Below are positions 9,910 through 19,448 of a stretch of DNA of 64,000 nucleotides, in pieces. Each line of letters begins with the position of its first letter. Positions within the stretch are counted from its first letter, which is position 1. Under the pieces are notes generated by a model, which saw only the letters and a program-made list of their open reading frames with translations, was not told the DNA's origin and did not search any database. Source of the DNA: Thermodesulfobium acidiphilum (GTDB taxonomy: Bacteria; Thermodesulfobiota; Thermodesulfobiia; Thermodesulfobiales; Thermodesulfobiaceae); NCBI RefSeq assembly GCF_003057965.1, contig NZ_CP020921.1, positions 62,001 to 126,000 of the forward strand. Direction: 5' to 3'. Position numbers and translations under genes: made by a program.

Positions 9910-12345
9910 TTACTCTACGCCTCTAAAAATATGTCCTTTTGTAAAGTAAAGTTTTTCTTTGTCATCTAAACTGAAATTAGGAAAATTGGGTTTTTTAGAT
10001 TCGTTCAAAAAGGTTCTAACGACTTTTGGTATAAGATTTTCATTTGTTGCCCTCAGATCGATTCTTAGTTTAAGGTTCAAATCTAAAAGGATATTTTTCT
10101 CGTTAATTAAATTTTGGGTATGAGCGTTTAATATGTGAGTTCTGCAGCTTTCGTCTATGAAAACTGGATATTTAACCTTGTTGTCTTTAAGGTAGAAATC
10201 TCTATCTTTACACAAAGGTGAACACTGACTCTTTGAAAACAACACACAGCCTTCTGAAATCATCATTTCCAGATTGCCATAAGCAGTAATTTCAATAGGC
10301 ATATTAGTTTTTAGATTTGAAATTTCATCAAAATTCAATTCATTTGAGACATGCACCATAGATGCTCCTAAATTGCTTATTAATTCTAGCGCATAGGAAT
10401 TAAAAACATTTAGAGAATGATCTACTACAAAGCTTATCCCTTCTGAAAGAACGAAATCAAGCATGGCTGTATTTGTCACCAAAATAATTGGTTTTTCTTG
10501 TTTTTTTATAATCTCAGCTATGAGTTCAAATTCTTTTCTTATAATTCTTGGGGTTGAGATTATCATTTGTCCTCTTGCATCTTCGATCATCTTTTTTGCT
10601 TCTGTAAAAATTTCTGGCGTGTAAGGAAATTTTTCTTTATATCCTTCTGGCCCAAATATAATTGTTTTTGCTCCATTTTCTAAAGCTATTTTAAGGTCTT
10701 TTATGGAAGACACTCTAAAGATAAAATTAGAATTAATACCTATTTTTTTTGGTTTATTTTTAATTAGTTTCTCAAGATAAAATTCTCTTTCTTTGTTTTG
10801 CTCTATTTCTTTTTCCAAAAGAAATTTCTTAATCTCTTTTATAATACTTAAGGGTAACATTAAATTTTTCTTATTTTCAAGGTTTATTTCAAAAGAAAAT
10901 GGGTGGTCTTGAGTATTTATTTTTTCAGATAGTATTTCTTTCGTAGTAGGATATTTTTTTGCAATTTCTAAACCTGTTTTTTTTATAAATTTCTTTTGTT
11001 TGTTGTCAGCTTCTACGATAATTTTGTCTGAATCTAGTTCTATGCGAACCTTTACCTGATATCTCTTAATTGAGCGTCGAAATATTTCATTGGCCCTTTC
11101 TTCGAGGATGCTGGCCCTTACTCTGAAAACTCTATCTCCTTCGCGTACCTTTGACATGATATGGTGATTTGATATAAAAACTTTATTGCCTTGTATAAAA
11201 AAATCATTTGACTCAAGCGTTATATTGCCGTGAGAAGAAAATATCACAAAGCAGTCATTTGCCTTGCACTCCCTCAAGGGTTCAAAGCACAATTTGTTTT
11301 CTGAAATAATTACCCTTCCTATAAACAAGCCTCTGTTGTTAGGTCTTGAGCTGTCCATAAAAGTATTTTCTTTGTTTTTTATTAATTTTATCTGAGAATA
11401 CTTTCTTTGATGTACAGGTGCTTTTATATTGTAAGTGGTAAAAGTTCTATTAAAGCATTCTGCCAAATCATCTAAATCACTTCTTGAAGGTTCGAATATT
11501 TCTTTATTTCCAGATAAATATGTATCTTTTATAAAATCCAAAGCATTTCTGTATATTCTAGTAACGTTTGCAACGTATATCCTTGATTTTAGTCTTCCCT
11601 CTATTTTTAAGGATTTTATCTTAGTTTTAACAATTTCTGACAGTATTGGATAAAGGCACAGATCTTTCATGGAAAGAAGATATCCTTTTTCGATCAGATT
11701 CTCGCCTTTTAGAAGAGAATACTCCATTCTGCACGGTTGTGCACACTTGCCTCTGTTGCCAGATCTTGCCCCTATTAAGCTACTCATAAGACATTGCCCA
11801 GAGTACGAGTAACAAAGTGCTCCGTGAATAAATATCTCTGTATCTATAACTTCGGCAATTTCAGAAATTTCAGATAGGGATAATTCTCTTGCAAGTATAA
11901 CCCTAGAAACGCCCAAATTCTTTAAAAATTTCGCTCCGTATAAGGATGTAGTTGTAGCTTGTGTGCTTGCGTGAATTTCTAAATCTGGAAACTCTTTCCT
12001 AATCCGGTATATTAATCCAAAGTCTTGAACAATTATTGCATCCACCTTGAGATTGTATAGTTGCTCAATTAATTTCATGCACTCATAGAATTCGCTGTCT
12101 TTTATTAGGGTATTGACTGTTATATAACATTTTACGTTTCTTTCATGAGCGAATTGAACTGCACTTTTAATCTCTTCGTAATCAAAATTTTTTGCACTGC
12201 TTCTTGCTGAAAAATTCTTTGCGCCAAAATATACTGCGTCAGCCCCAGCAAATATAGCAGCCTTTAAAGTGTCAAAATTTCCAGCAGGGGATAATAATTC
12301 TGGTATATATATCTTTTTTTTCTCTGAAACATGAATGCTTTCCAA
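9910..12345 (-). CDS. U32 family Fe-S protein, long RlhA-like form (probable RNA hydroxylation)
   Basis: PELLSPAG, HASTQ, HGALCYSYSGQC, NRGKCAQPCR and KIEGR motifs, plus a C-terminal degenerate repeat. Confidence 0.88.
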   Translation of the reverse strand: MESIHVSEKKKIYIPELLSPAGNFDTLKAAIFAGADAVYFGAKNFSARSSAKNFDYEEIKSAVQFAHERNVKCYITVNTLIKDSEFYECMKLIEQLYNLKVDAIIVQDFGLIYRIRKEFPDLEIHASTQATTTSLYGAKFLKNLGVSRVILARELSLSEISEIAEVIDTEIFIHGALCYSYSGQCLMSSLIGARSGNRGKCAQPCRMEYSLLKGENLIEKGYLLSMKDLCLYPILSEIVKTKIKSLKIEGRLKSRIYVANVTRIYRNALDFIKDTYLSGNKEIFEPSRSDLDDLAECFNRTFTTYNIKAPVHQRKYSQIKLIKNKENTFMDSSRPNNRGLFIGRVIISENKLCFEPLRECKANDCFVIFSSHGNITLESNDFFIQGNKVFISNHHIMSKVREGDRVFRVRASILEERANEIFRRSIKRYQVKVRIELDSDKIIVEADNKQKKFIKKTGLEIAKKYPTTKEILSEKINTQDHPFSFEINLENKKNLMLPLSIIKEIKKFLLEKEIEQNKEREFYLEKLIKNKPKKIGINSNFIFRVSSIKDLKIALENGAKTIIFGPEGYKEKFPYTPEIFTEAKKMIEDARGQMIISTPRIIRKEFELIAEIIKKQEKPIILVTNTAMLDFVLSEGISFVVDHSLNVFNSYALELISNLGASMVHVSNELNFDEISNLKTNMPIEITAYGNLEMMISEGCVLFSKSQCSPLCKDRDFYLKDNKVKYPVFIDESCRTHILNAHTQNLINEKNILLDLNLKLRIDLRATNENLIPKVVRTFLNESKKPNFPNFSLDDKEKLYFTKGHIFRGVE

Positions 12346-12393
12346 AATTTAATTGACTCCTTTAAAAATATTAATACTTGATTGTATTTTTAC

Positions 12394-15300
12394 TCAGGAT
12401 TTACTAACTCCAGGGCCTACAATTATACTTTTCCCGCCAGGTTTTGATATAACTTTTATTTGAGTAGCAATTCTTTCCTGTATATATGTAAGGTGGGATA
12501 TTATTCCTATTGTCTTGTTTTCTTGATTTAAATTAGATATTGCATTAAGCGCTGTTTCTAAGGTTTCCTCGTCTAATGTACCAAAGCCCTCGTCGAGAAA
12601 CAGTGAATCTACTCTGACATTTTTGCTTGACATAGAAGATAGACCAAGCGCTAGGGCAAGGCTTACAATGAAGCTTTCTCCACCAGATAAATTTTTTGTG
12701 CTTCTAATTTCTCCTGCTTGGTAGTTATCTATTACGGAAAAACAAAGCCTCTCTTTTTTATCCTTTGTAAGAATATATCTATCACTAATTCTTTTTAAGT
12801 GCCTGTTTGCGTGTTTTATCAATATGTCAAATGTGATTTCCTGAGCAAAGCTCCTAAATTTTTTTCCATCGGATGATCCGATAAGATCATATAATATATC
12901 ATACTTTTTTAAATTTTTTTCCTTCATTTCTATTTCTTTTATTAATTTGTTATATTTTTCTTTTACTTCGTTATTTGCACTTAATTTTTGCTTCAACATT
13001 CCAATATTTTCTCTGATATTTTTTACTTTTTCCCTTTGAAACTCTAAGTCTTTAAACGTTTCTTCCAGAGTTTGGTTGTTTTTTCCAATTAGCTCTTTTA
13101 TTTGCTCTAGCTCCCTTCTCTTTTCAGATACCTTTGAATCAAGTAACTCCCTTTCTATCTCTATAGCTTTAAGCTCCTTGGATATAATCGCAATCTCTTC
13201 ATCCGAAATTAGTGACGCTTCGAAATTTTCTATATCTATAAAATTATGTTCTCTTAAGAGACTCTCAAATTCATATTTTTTAAGCTTATACAATTCTTCC
13301 ATTTCAAGCTTTTTCTTCTTTGTATTTTCAATTTCTCCGTTTAGAAACGATCTGGTATTTTCTAGGTTGTTGAGGGCACTTTGATTATCTTGCAACCTTT
13401 TTTCTAAGCCTTCTTTAATTTCCCTTAATTTTTTTTCGCATAGATCGGTATCGTAATTTCTAAGAGTTTTGTATCTTTTTTCTTCTAAATTTTTTATATC
13501 TGAAGTAATTTTATTGAATTCTTCTTGATATTTTTTAATTTCTTCTTCAATATTTTCTAAATCAAACTGTAATTTGTTTAAATTTTTTTCTTCATTTTCT
13601 AGGTCTGAGTGATATTTTATATGAAATTCTTTAACTTTTAAAAACTCTTCATATCTTTTTTTGAGATCTAAGTATAGGTTATTTATCTCTTTGGGATAAA
13701 CTGTTTTAATGCCAATTTTTTGCAAAATACATGAAATATTTTTTTCTTGAGAATGCTTTTGACTATTCAATTCTTCCCTTGTGGCTTGTAAATTTGAGAC
13801 CTCAGCCTTTATGATGTTGAGTTTTTGCTCTTTAGAATTAATAATATTTTTTAGCGAGCTGATATCTTCTTTTAAAGATAAAAGTTCTTTATTCTTTTTA
13901 TTTATATTATTTTCTAAAGCCTCATATCTTTCAATTAGACTGGCTAAATTATTTATTTCGATTTCATTTTTTTCAATTTCTGTATTTAGGGCTGTAATGT
14001 TCACATGGTAGTCAAATTTTTTTTCAATTCCTTCAATCTTTTTAAGAGACTCATTTTTGGCGCTTAGCAACCTTTTTATTTGAATAGCATTGTTTTGAAG
14101 TTTATTTTCTTGCAAACTAATTTTGGTACTTATTTCAGAGATATCATCTTTGAGCTTTTTTATATTTTCTGACTTGTTGTTATACTCTTCAATTAGAGAG
14201 TAATCGATTAGGGTATTATCCATTTGTTTGTAAGGATGATGAGTAGATCCACAGACCGGACAGGGTCTGCCTTCTTCCAATATTTCTCTTGTCTTTTCAA
14301 AATCTTTTAGAAGTTTAAGTTCTTCAAATTTCTTTTTATTCGCTTCTAAAAAATCTTCAATTAATTTCTTTTCGTATTCCTTTTGCTCTCTTTCCCTTTC
14401 TAATCTTTCCCTTTCTGTTGTTAAAGATTCAAATTCAGCATACCTTTCTTTGATATCTAGATCTATGCTTTCTAATATTTCAAGATATGGTTTTTTTGTT
14501 TTTTCCCTGTCGAGTGCCTTTTTTATCTCGTTGATGTCTTTATATGAAAGCAAGTTCTCTATATCCTTTTGAATAGATGTTATTTCTAATTCAATACTTT
14601 CTTTTTCTCGTGTTTTTTGATCTAATTTTTCATATTCTCTTTGCACTTCAAGGGTTAGACTTTCTTCTTCTTTCTCCTTAGATGACAAAATTTTTTCTGT
14701 ACTAAGAAGCCTGACTTCTAAATCCTTTATCATTTCGAGAAAACTTTTTAAATCAGGAAGGATATCTTTTAATTTCTCAAGGTAAGCATTTTCTAATAAA
14801 TCTAGGTTAAATGCTTTTATTTCTCTTTTAATTCTTTCTATTCTTTGTTTTGTTAAATCACTTTGACTTAATATTTCCCTTTTCTTTTTCGAGACTTCGT
14901 TAACTAATTTTTTGTATATTTCTTCTTGTTTATTTAAGTTTTGTATATTCAAGTCAATTGTCTTTGCCTCGTTTATAAGAGGTTCTATTTTCCCTTTTTT
15001 TTCTATAAATTTTTGCGTTTTTAGCTTTATTTCTTCTAAACTTTTTTTTAAATTTTCTAAATCTTTACTTAAGCCTTTTTCTTCATCTTCTTTTTTTTCT
15101 AAAGAACGACTTATATCTTTTAGCGAATCTTCCAAATTCTTTAGTTCTTTGTATTCAGGATAGATGCTCCTTGCTTCTTTGGCTTTCTCTAGTTTTAATT
15201 TTTGTTGATTACCATCTGAAAGCTTTTTGTTTATGTCTAAAAGGTTTTTTTCTAACATTTTTATTTCGATTGATATATCCTTTTCCTTCTTTTTAGCGTT

Positions 15301-16023
15301 AAACCTTTCACTTAATTTTTCGAGTTCTTCATTACAAATCTTTTCTCGTAGGGTATAAGAATCTTGCTGAAGTCTTAGTTCTCCTTCTTCTTCGGGGCTT
15401 AATATTCTAAGAGTTTCAAGTTCTTTTTTTATTAAACTTAACTGTTCTCTTTCTGTCTTTCTTTTTTCGTAAACCATTATAGATACCTCACTGTAAATCT
15501 GTGTACCAGTGATTTGTTCAAGAATTGCTGATCTTTCATCATAATTGGCTTTTAAAAAAGATGCAAAGTCACCCTGTGCCAGAAGGATAGACCTTGTAAA
15601 CTGATCGTATGTCATCCCTGTAAGTTCAATTATTTTTTCTTCTACTTTGTTTGTTCCTGTTTCTATGATTTTGTTTTCTTTAACCTCTTGTAACTCTCTT
15701 TTTGGATGTTGTAACTCTTTGGTTCTTTTTTGCCACCATAGGGCTTTATACAATCCCTTTTGTGTTTCGAAAGTAACCTCAGAAAAGCATTCATCAGTGT
15801 TTCTTGACATTAACTCGTTATTATTTTTGGAGATTTTGCCTAGTCTTGGAGTTCTACCGTATAAAGCAAGCGAAATGGCATCCAATATAGTAGATTTTCC
15901 AGCGCCAGTTTGCCCAGTAATTAAAAATATAGAATTTGATGTGAATTCAGGATGGGTAAAGTCTATAGTCCATTCGTTGTAAAGTGAATTTATATTCTTT
16001 AGCCTTATTTTAAGAATCTTCAT
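12394..16023 (-). CDS. sbcC: SbcC (Rad50-like) ATPase
   Basis: Walker A GQTGAGKS, Zn-hook CPVCG, LSGGE, LDEGFGTLD. Confidence 0.95.
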   Translation of the reverse strand: MKILKIRLKNINSLYNEWTIDFTHPEFTSNSIFLITGQTGAGKSTILDAISLALYGRTPRLGKISKNNNELMSRNTDECFSEVTFETQKGLYKALWWQKRTKELQHPKRELQEVKENKIIETGTNKVEEKIIELTGMTYDQFTRSILLAQGDFASFLKANYDERSAILEQITGTQIYSEVSIMVYEKRKTEREQLSLIKKELETLRILSPEEEGELRLQQDSYTLREKICNEELEKLSERFNAKKKEKDISIEIKMLEKNLLDINKKLSDGNQQKLKLEKAKEARSIYPEYKELKNLEDSLKDISRSLEKKEDEEKGLSKDLENLKKSLEEIKLKTQKFIEKKGKIEPLINEAKTIDLNIQNLNKQEEIYKKLVNEVSKKKREILSQSDLTKQRIERIKREIKAFNLDLLENAYLEKLKDILPDLKSFLEMIKDLEVRLLSTEKILSSKEKEEESLTLEVQREYEKLDQKTREKESIELEITSIQKDIENLLSYKDINEIKKALDREKTKKPYLEILESIDLDIKERYAEFESLTTERERLEREREQKEYEKKLIEDFLEANKKKFEELKLLKDFEKTREILEEGRPCPVCGSTHHPYKQMDNTLIDYSLIEEYNNKSENIKKLKDDISEISTKISLQENKLQNNAIQIKRLLSAKNESLKKIEGIEKKFDYHVNITALNTEIEKNEIEINNLASLIERYEALENNINKKNKELLSLKEDISSLKNIINSKEQKLNIIKAEVSNLQATREELNSQKHSQEKNISCILQKIGIKTVYPKEINNLYLDLKKRYEEFLKVKEFHIKYHSDLENEEKNLNKLQFDLENIEEEIKKYQEEFNKITSDIKNLEEKRYKTLRNYDTDLCEKKLREIKEGLEKRLQDNQSALNNLENTRSFLNGEIENTKKKKLEMEELYKLKKYEFESLLREHNFIDIENFEASLISDEEIAIISKELKAIEIERELLDSKVSEKRRELEQIKELIGKNNQTLEETFKDLEFQREKVKNIRENIGMLKQKLSANNEVKEKYNKLIKEIEMKEKNLKKYDILYDLIGSSDGKKFRSFAQEITFDILIKHANRHLKRISDRYILTKDKKERLCFSVIDNYQAGEIRSTKNLSGGESFIVSLALALGLSSMSSKNVRVDSLFLDEGFGTLDEETLETALNAISNLNQENKTIGIISHLTYIQERIATQIKVISKPGGKSIIVGPGVSKS

Positions 16024-17260
16024 TTAGTAAGTCCTTTTCGCTCATAGATTTTAGGATTTCTCTAAAGGCACCTCTCAATTCAACTCTTTGTTCTTCTGAT
16101 ATTAAGTTTTCCTCCAGGCACCTTTCAAAGATTGAAAACAAATCTAAGCTTAGGTCTTCATCTATAATTTCAGAATTATCTTCTGAAGCCTTCTGTAGCC
16201 TGTTATTTTTAATTTTTAGTATCTCTATTTTATTTGATCTAGGTAAATACTCTATTTGTTCCTTTAAGTTCGGCACTATTTCTTCGCCTGTATAAATTAC
16301 TTCTAGATAATATTCTTTATCAGTTGATAATAAAATTTCAATTTTTTGTTTTATTTCCTCAAATGAACCGCTTAAGGAGATTAATTCTTTTTTTCTTGGC
16401 ACTTCTACACTTTCTACGTTTAAAACTTCATTATAAAATTGAGCGAGGAATACTACTTTTTTCTGCTCATATGGTTTAAAATTCATTGGCAACAAAGAAC
16501 CAGAATATCTAATTTTTTCATTTTTACCAACACTTTGAGGCGAATGAAGGTGACCGAGGGCGATATAATCGGCTTTTTGCGGCAAAAATTCTACTGGTAT
16601 CTGGCACAACGATCCAACATAAAGATCTCTTATCCCATCGTTATCTTCTAACTTTGCTGAATTTAAAAATAAGTGCCCCATTACAATTATTGGAACATCC
16701 AGCCCCAACTCGTTCTTTTTGTTCTTTGCAACATCAAAGACGTCATCATAGTGCTTTTTGATAGCATTGATAATTTTCATCTCTCTTTCAGTGGTGTCTT
16801 CTTCTTCAGAAAATCTTATATCCCTTTCTCTTAAATATGGCACTGCACAGACTATTAGTATGGGTTTGTTTTCATTATCTTTTAAAACTATAACTTCGTC
16901 TTCTAACCTGTCAGATATTGATCCTATTACGTGAACGTTTAATGCCTTTAATATCTCTTTTGGCGCTGATAAAAAGGTTGGAGAATCGTGATTGCCAGCA
17001 GTGATCACAACGTGCTTGCATTTTGAACGGGTTATATTGTGTAGAAATCTATAATAGAGCTCCTGTGCTTGACTGCTTGGAGTACTTGTGTTAAAGATAT
17101 CTCCGGATATGAGCACTATGTCAACATCTTTTTCTTCTATTACGCTATATAGCCAATTTAAAGCAACTTCAAACTCGTCATATCTCTTCTTTGAACAAAT
17201 GGTGTCTCCAATGTGCCAATCAGACGTGTGCAGGACTTTCAATGGCTTTATTTTATTCAA
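16010..17260 (-). CDS. sbcD: SbcD nuclease
   Basis: HTSDWHIG, GNHD, ALGHLH and RYSGS motifs. Confidence 0.95.
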   Translation of the reverse strand: MNKIKPLKVLHTSDWHIGDTICSKKRYDEFEVALNWLYSVIEEKDVDIVLISGDIFNTSTPSSQAQELYYRFLHNITRSKCKHVVITAGNHDSPTFLSAPKEILKALNVHVIGSISDRLEDEVIVLKDNENKPILIVCAVPYLRERDIRFSEEEDTTEREMKIINAIKKHYDDVFDVAKNKKNELGLDVPIIVMGHLFLNSAKLEDNDGIRDLYVGSLCQIPVEFLPQKADYIALGHLHSPQSVGKNEKIRYSGSLLPMNFKPYEQKKVVFLAQFYNEVLNVESVEVPRKKELISLSGSFEEIKQKIEILLSTDKEYYLEVIYTGEEIVPNLKEQIEYLPRSNKIEILKIKNNRLQKASEDNSEIIDEDLSLDLFSIFERCLEENLISEEQRVELRGAFREILKSMSEKDLLNEDS

Positions 17261-17306
17261 ATTTTCTCCTTAAATAAATTTACAATTTAGAAAGTATTTC
17301 AAACTC

Positions 17307-18323
17307 TCAATTTACGTTCACATCTTTCGTCCACTTTAGACCGCTTATATCAATCAATTCTACTTTGTATTTTCCCTTTTTAAGCTCTATATTGTGATTT
17401 GGCAAAAATTCTACTTCGGCTTTAGCTCCAAGGGGTACTACTAAACTATATTTATTGGGCTCTACTTTATTTAAGTAAAAGTTTTTAATCTTTGAGCTGT
17501 CAACACTTGTTTCATTTGGATCGAAAGTTTCAACGATATTGCCAGAATCATCAGATACAATAATTTGTCTAACAAACGCCCCGTATGTATCTGGCCCATC
17601 AACTCTATAAATAAGCAATTTCAAAGACCCGTTGTTGTATAAATTTGCGCTTAAGATTTCTATTTTCGGCACTTTTGAGAGATTGTAGAGTTTACCATAT
17701 AAGCCATTGTGCAGCGCTTGATATGTAAAAAGAGTTATAGAAACTGCAACCAGACTAAAAATTAATGCAATATTTCTTATCTGAGCACTGTTTAAATCTA
17801 ATGGACCTGATGTAAGTAACTTTAGAATTTTTGAAGTTCTTTTTCTGAAGAGAAGGTAGTCTATAGAAAATTGTCCGCCTCCAAAACACATAACAACTAT
17901 TCCAGAGCCAATTCCTGCAATGCCTATTTGCCACTCGTCAACACAAGTTGAACCCAGCCAGCCAGAACCCAGGAGTATGCCAAACGACAATAGAGCTGCT
18001 CCGAGAGCAGACAGCCTTGTTAACAGGCCTAAAATTAACCCGATACCTACCAAACCTTCAATAATAGTAAAGGTAAGTAAGAAAATGTAAAGCAAATGAA
18101 CATGGGTAATTAAAAACTCTATCATCGGTTTAATAAACAGCGCATGCGGCAAAAAGTGATTGAATGCATGTCCTATATATGCTGGTGAATTTGGATCGAG
18201 TTTTTCTGGATCGTTTAACGTCCTTCTTAAAAATGCGCTGAAAAATTGCCAACCTAAAATTAACCTGATAGGGGTGAGAAGATTAGATATATTATCAAAC
18301 GAGACTCTTTTTTCTGATTGCAT
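17307..18323 (-). CDS. Thiosulfate:quinone oxidoreductase-like DoxD(A) fusion
   Basis: RLILGWQFFSAFLRR, GSGWLGSTCVDEWQIG and YRVDGPDTYGAF motifs; start moved to ATG 18323 because of an AGGAG SD. Confidence 0.8.
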   Translation of the reverse strand: MQSEKRVSFDNISNLLTPIRLILGWQFFSAFLRRTLNDPEKLDPNSPAYIGHAFNHFLPHALFIKPMIEFLITHVHLLYIFLLTFTIIEGLVGIGLILGLLTRLSALGAALLSFGILLGSGWLGSTCVDEWQIGIAGIGSGIVVMCFGGGQFSIDYLLFRKRTSKILKLLTSGPLDLNSAQIRNIALIFSLVAVSITLFTYQALHNGLYGKLYNLSKVPKIEILSANLYNNGSLKLLIYRVDGPDTYGAFVRQIIVSDDSGNIVETFDPNETSVDSSKIKNFYLNKVEPNKYSLVVPLGAKAEVEFLPNHNIELKKGKYKVELIDISGLKWTKDVNVN

Positions 18324-18491
18324 TGTTAAACTCCTTAAAAAATTATATACTCTCATCTTTGACAGTTAGAGCAAATAAAAATCTCAATAATCGTTAACAC
18401 TTAAAAGCATTTAAACTTTTTATTTATTGCTAAAAAGTGAGTAATATTTTTGTTTTTTGGTGTAAGTTAATAAGAGATCGATTCTTTGAAT

Positions 18492-19125
18492 TTATAGCAA
18501 CTCTTCAAGCTTGCTTATGCTGTTAATCTTAAACATAGCCTTCATTATATTTTTTAGTCTCTCTCTATCTGTAATACTTTTAACCTTGCTTTTTAATAAT
18601 ATGATACACCAATGCAAATATTTTTTTCAATTCTTCGTAATTATCTTTACAGTACTTTAAAGCTGCAAGCTTAAAGATCTGATTCTATTGATTTAAATTG
18701 ATCTGAAAACTCATTTGACATGTTCCACTTCTCTTTTCCTTGATAGAAGATTATAGGAATTATAGGTATCAAGTCCTTATTTTGTTTTAGATTTGCCTCC
18801 CGTGTCACTACCATATAGCTTAGTATCTGAAGAAGTACAAATTTATCTAAGCCTGATTTATGTTCAAATATCAGATAAAATTTAGACTTTTTTTCCATTG
18901 AACTTGCAATCAAAGGATAGATCTAACTGATACTTCTTGTATCCCTTTGTCAGCTTTTTGTTGTCTATTAGCTTTACAGAATCTAAATCAATGTGTTTTC
19001 TAATATCTTTTGGAAAGAACCTGCCTATAAAAGTTCTTGTATCCAAATTCATTTGAAAAAACCATCTTAAAGAACTTCTCATGTGCATCCTTAACGCCCC
19101 TTGCATCCTCTAAGAAATCAGCCAA
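18492..19125 (-). pseudogene. Rpn/YhgA-like PD-(D/E)XK recombination-promoting nuclease, frameshifted and internally deleted
   Basis: Pieces in different frames: AHEKFFKMVFS, DLSFDCKF, YLIFEHKS..LLQILSYM..IPIIFYQGKEKW and a C-terminal SKVKSITDRERLKNIMK. Confidence 0.8.
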
Positions 19126-19369
19126 ATGATATTATCCCCATTGGTTAGTCTAAAGCAAAATATCATAATTTGGTGAAATTTGACAACTTATTTATAAAAA
19201 TTTATTTTTAAGACTTTTAGAATTTTCAAGACAATTAAGATTGAGTAAATTTCAAAGAATTAAAACCTTTCCTTCTGCTTACATTGTTTGTCCTCCTTAA
19301 AAAAATTATATAATTTATTATGATTTAGTTAATACTGTTATTGCATCATCACTCAGGATTTTGATTTTC

Positions 19370-19411
19370 TTGATTTAAGTCAATTATTTTTTAAGGCTAA
19401 ACCTTTATAAT
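19370..19411 (+). promoter_or_regulatory. FNR/Crp-family box plus -10 (class II promoter) for the nar operon
   Basis: TTGAT-ttaa-GTCAA at 19370-19383 and TATAAT at 19406-19411. Confidence 0.7.
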
Positions 19412-19448
19412 GTAAAAAAAGTGAATGCGGGTGAAGATCTTTTGAAAG

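Noticed and set aside
12900-15500. Long low-complexity T-rich stretch
   Set aside because: Explained by the Lys/Glu-rich coiled coil of SbcC on the - strand.
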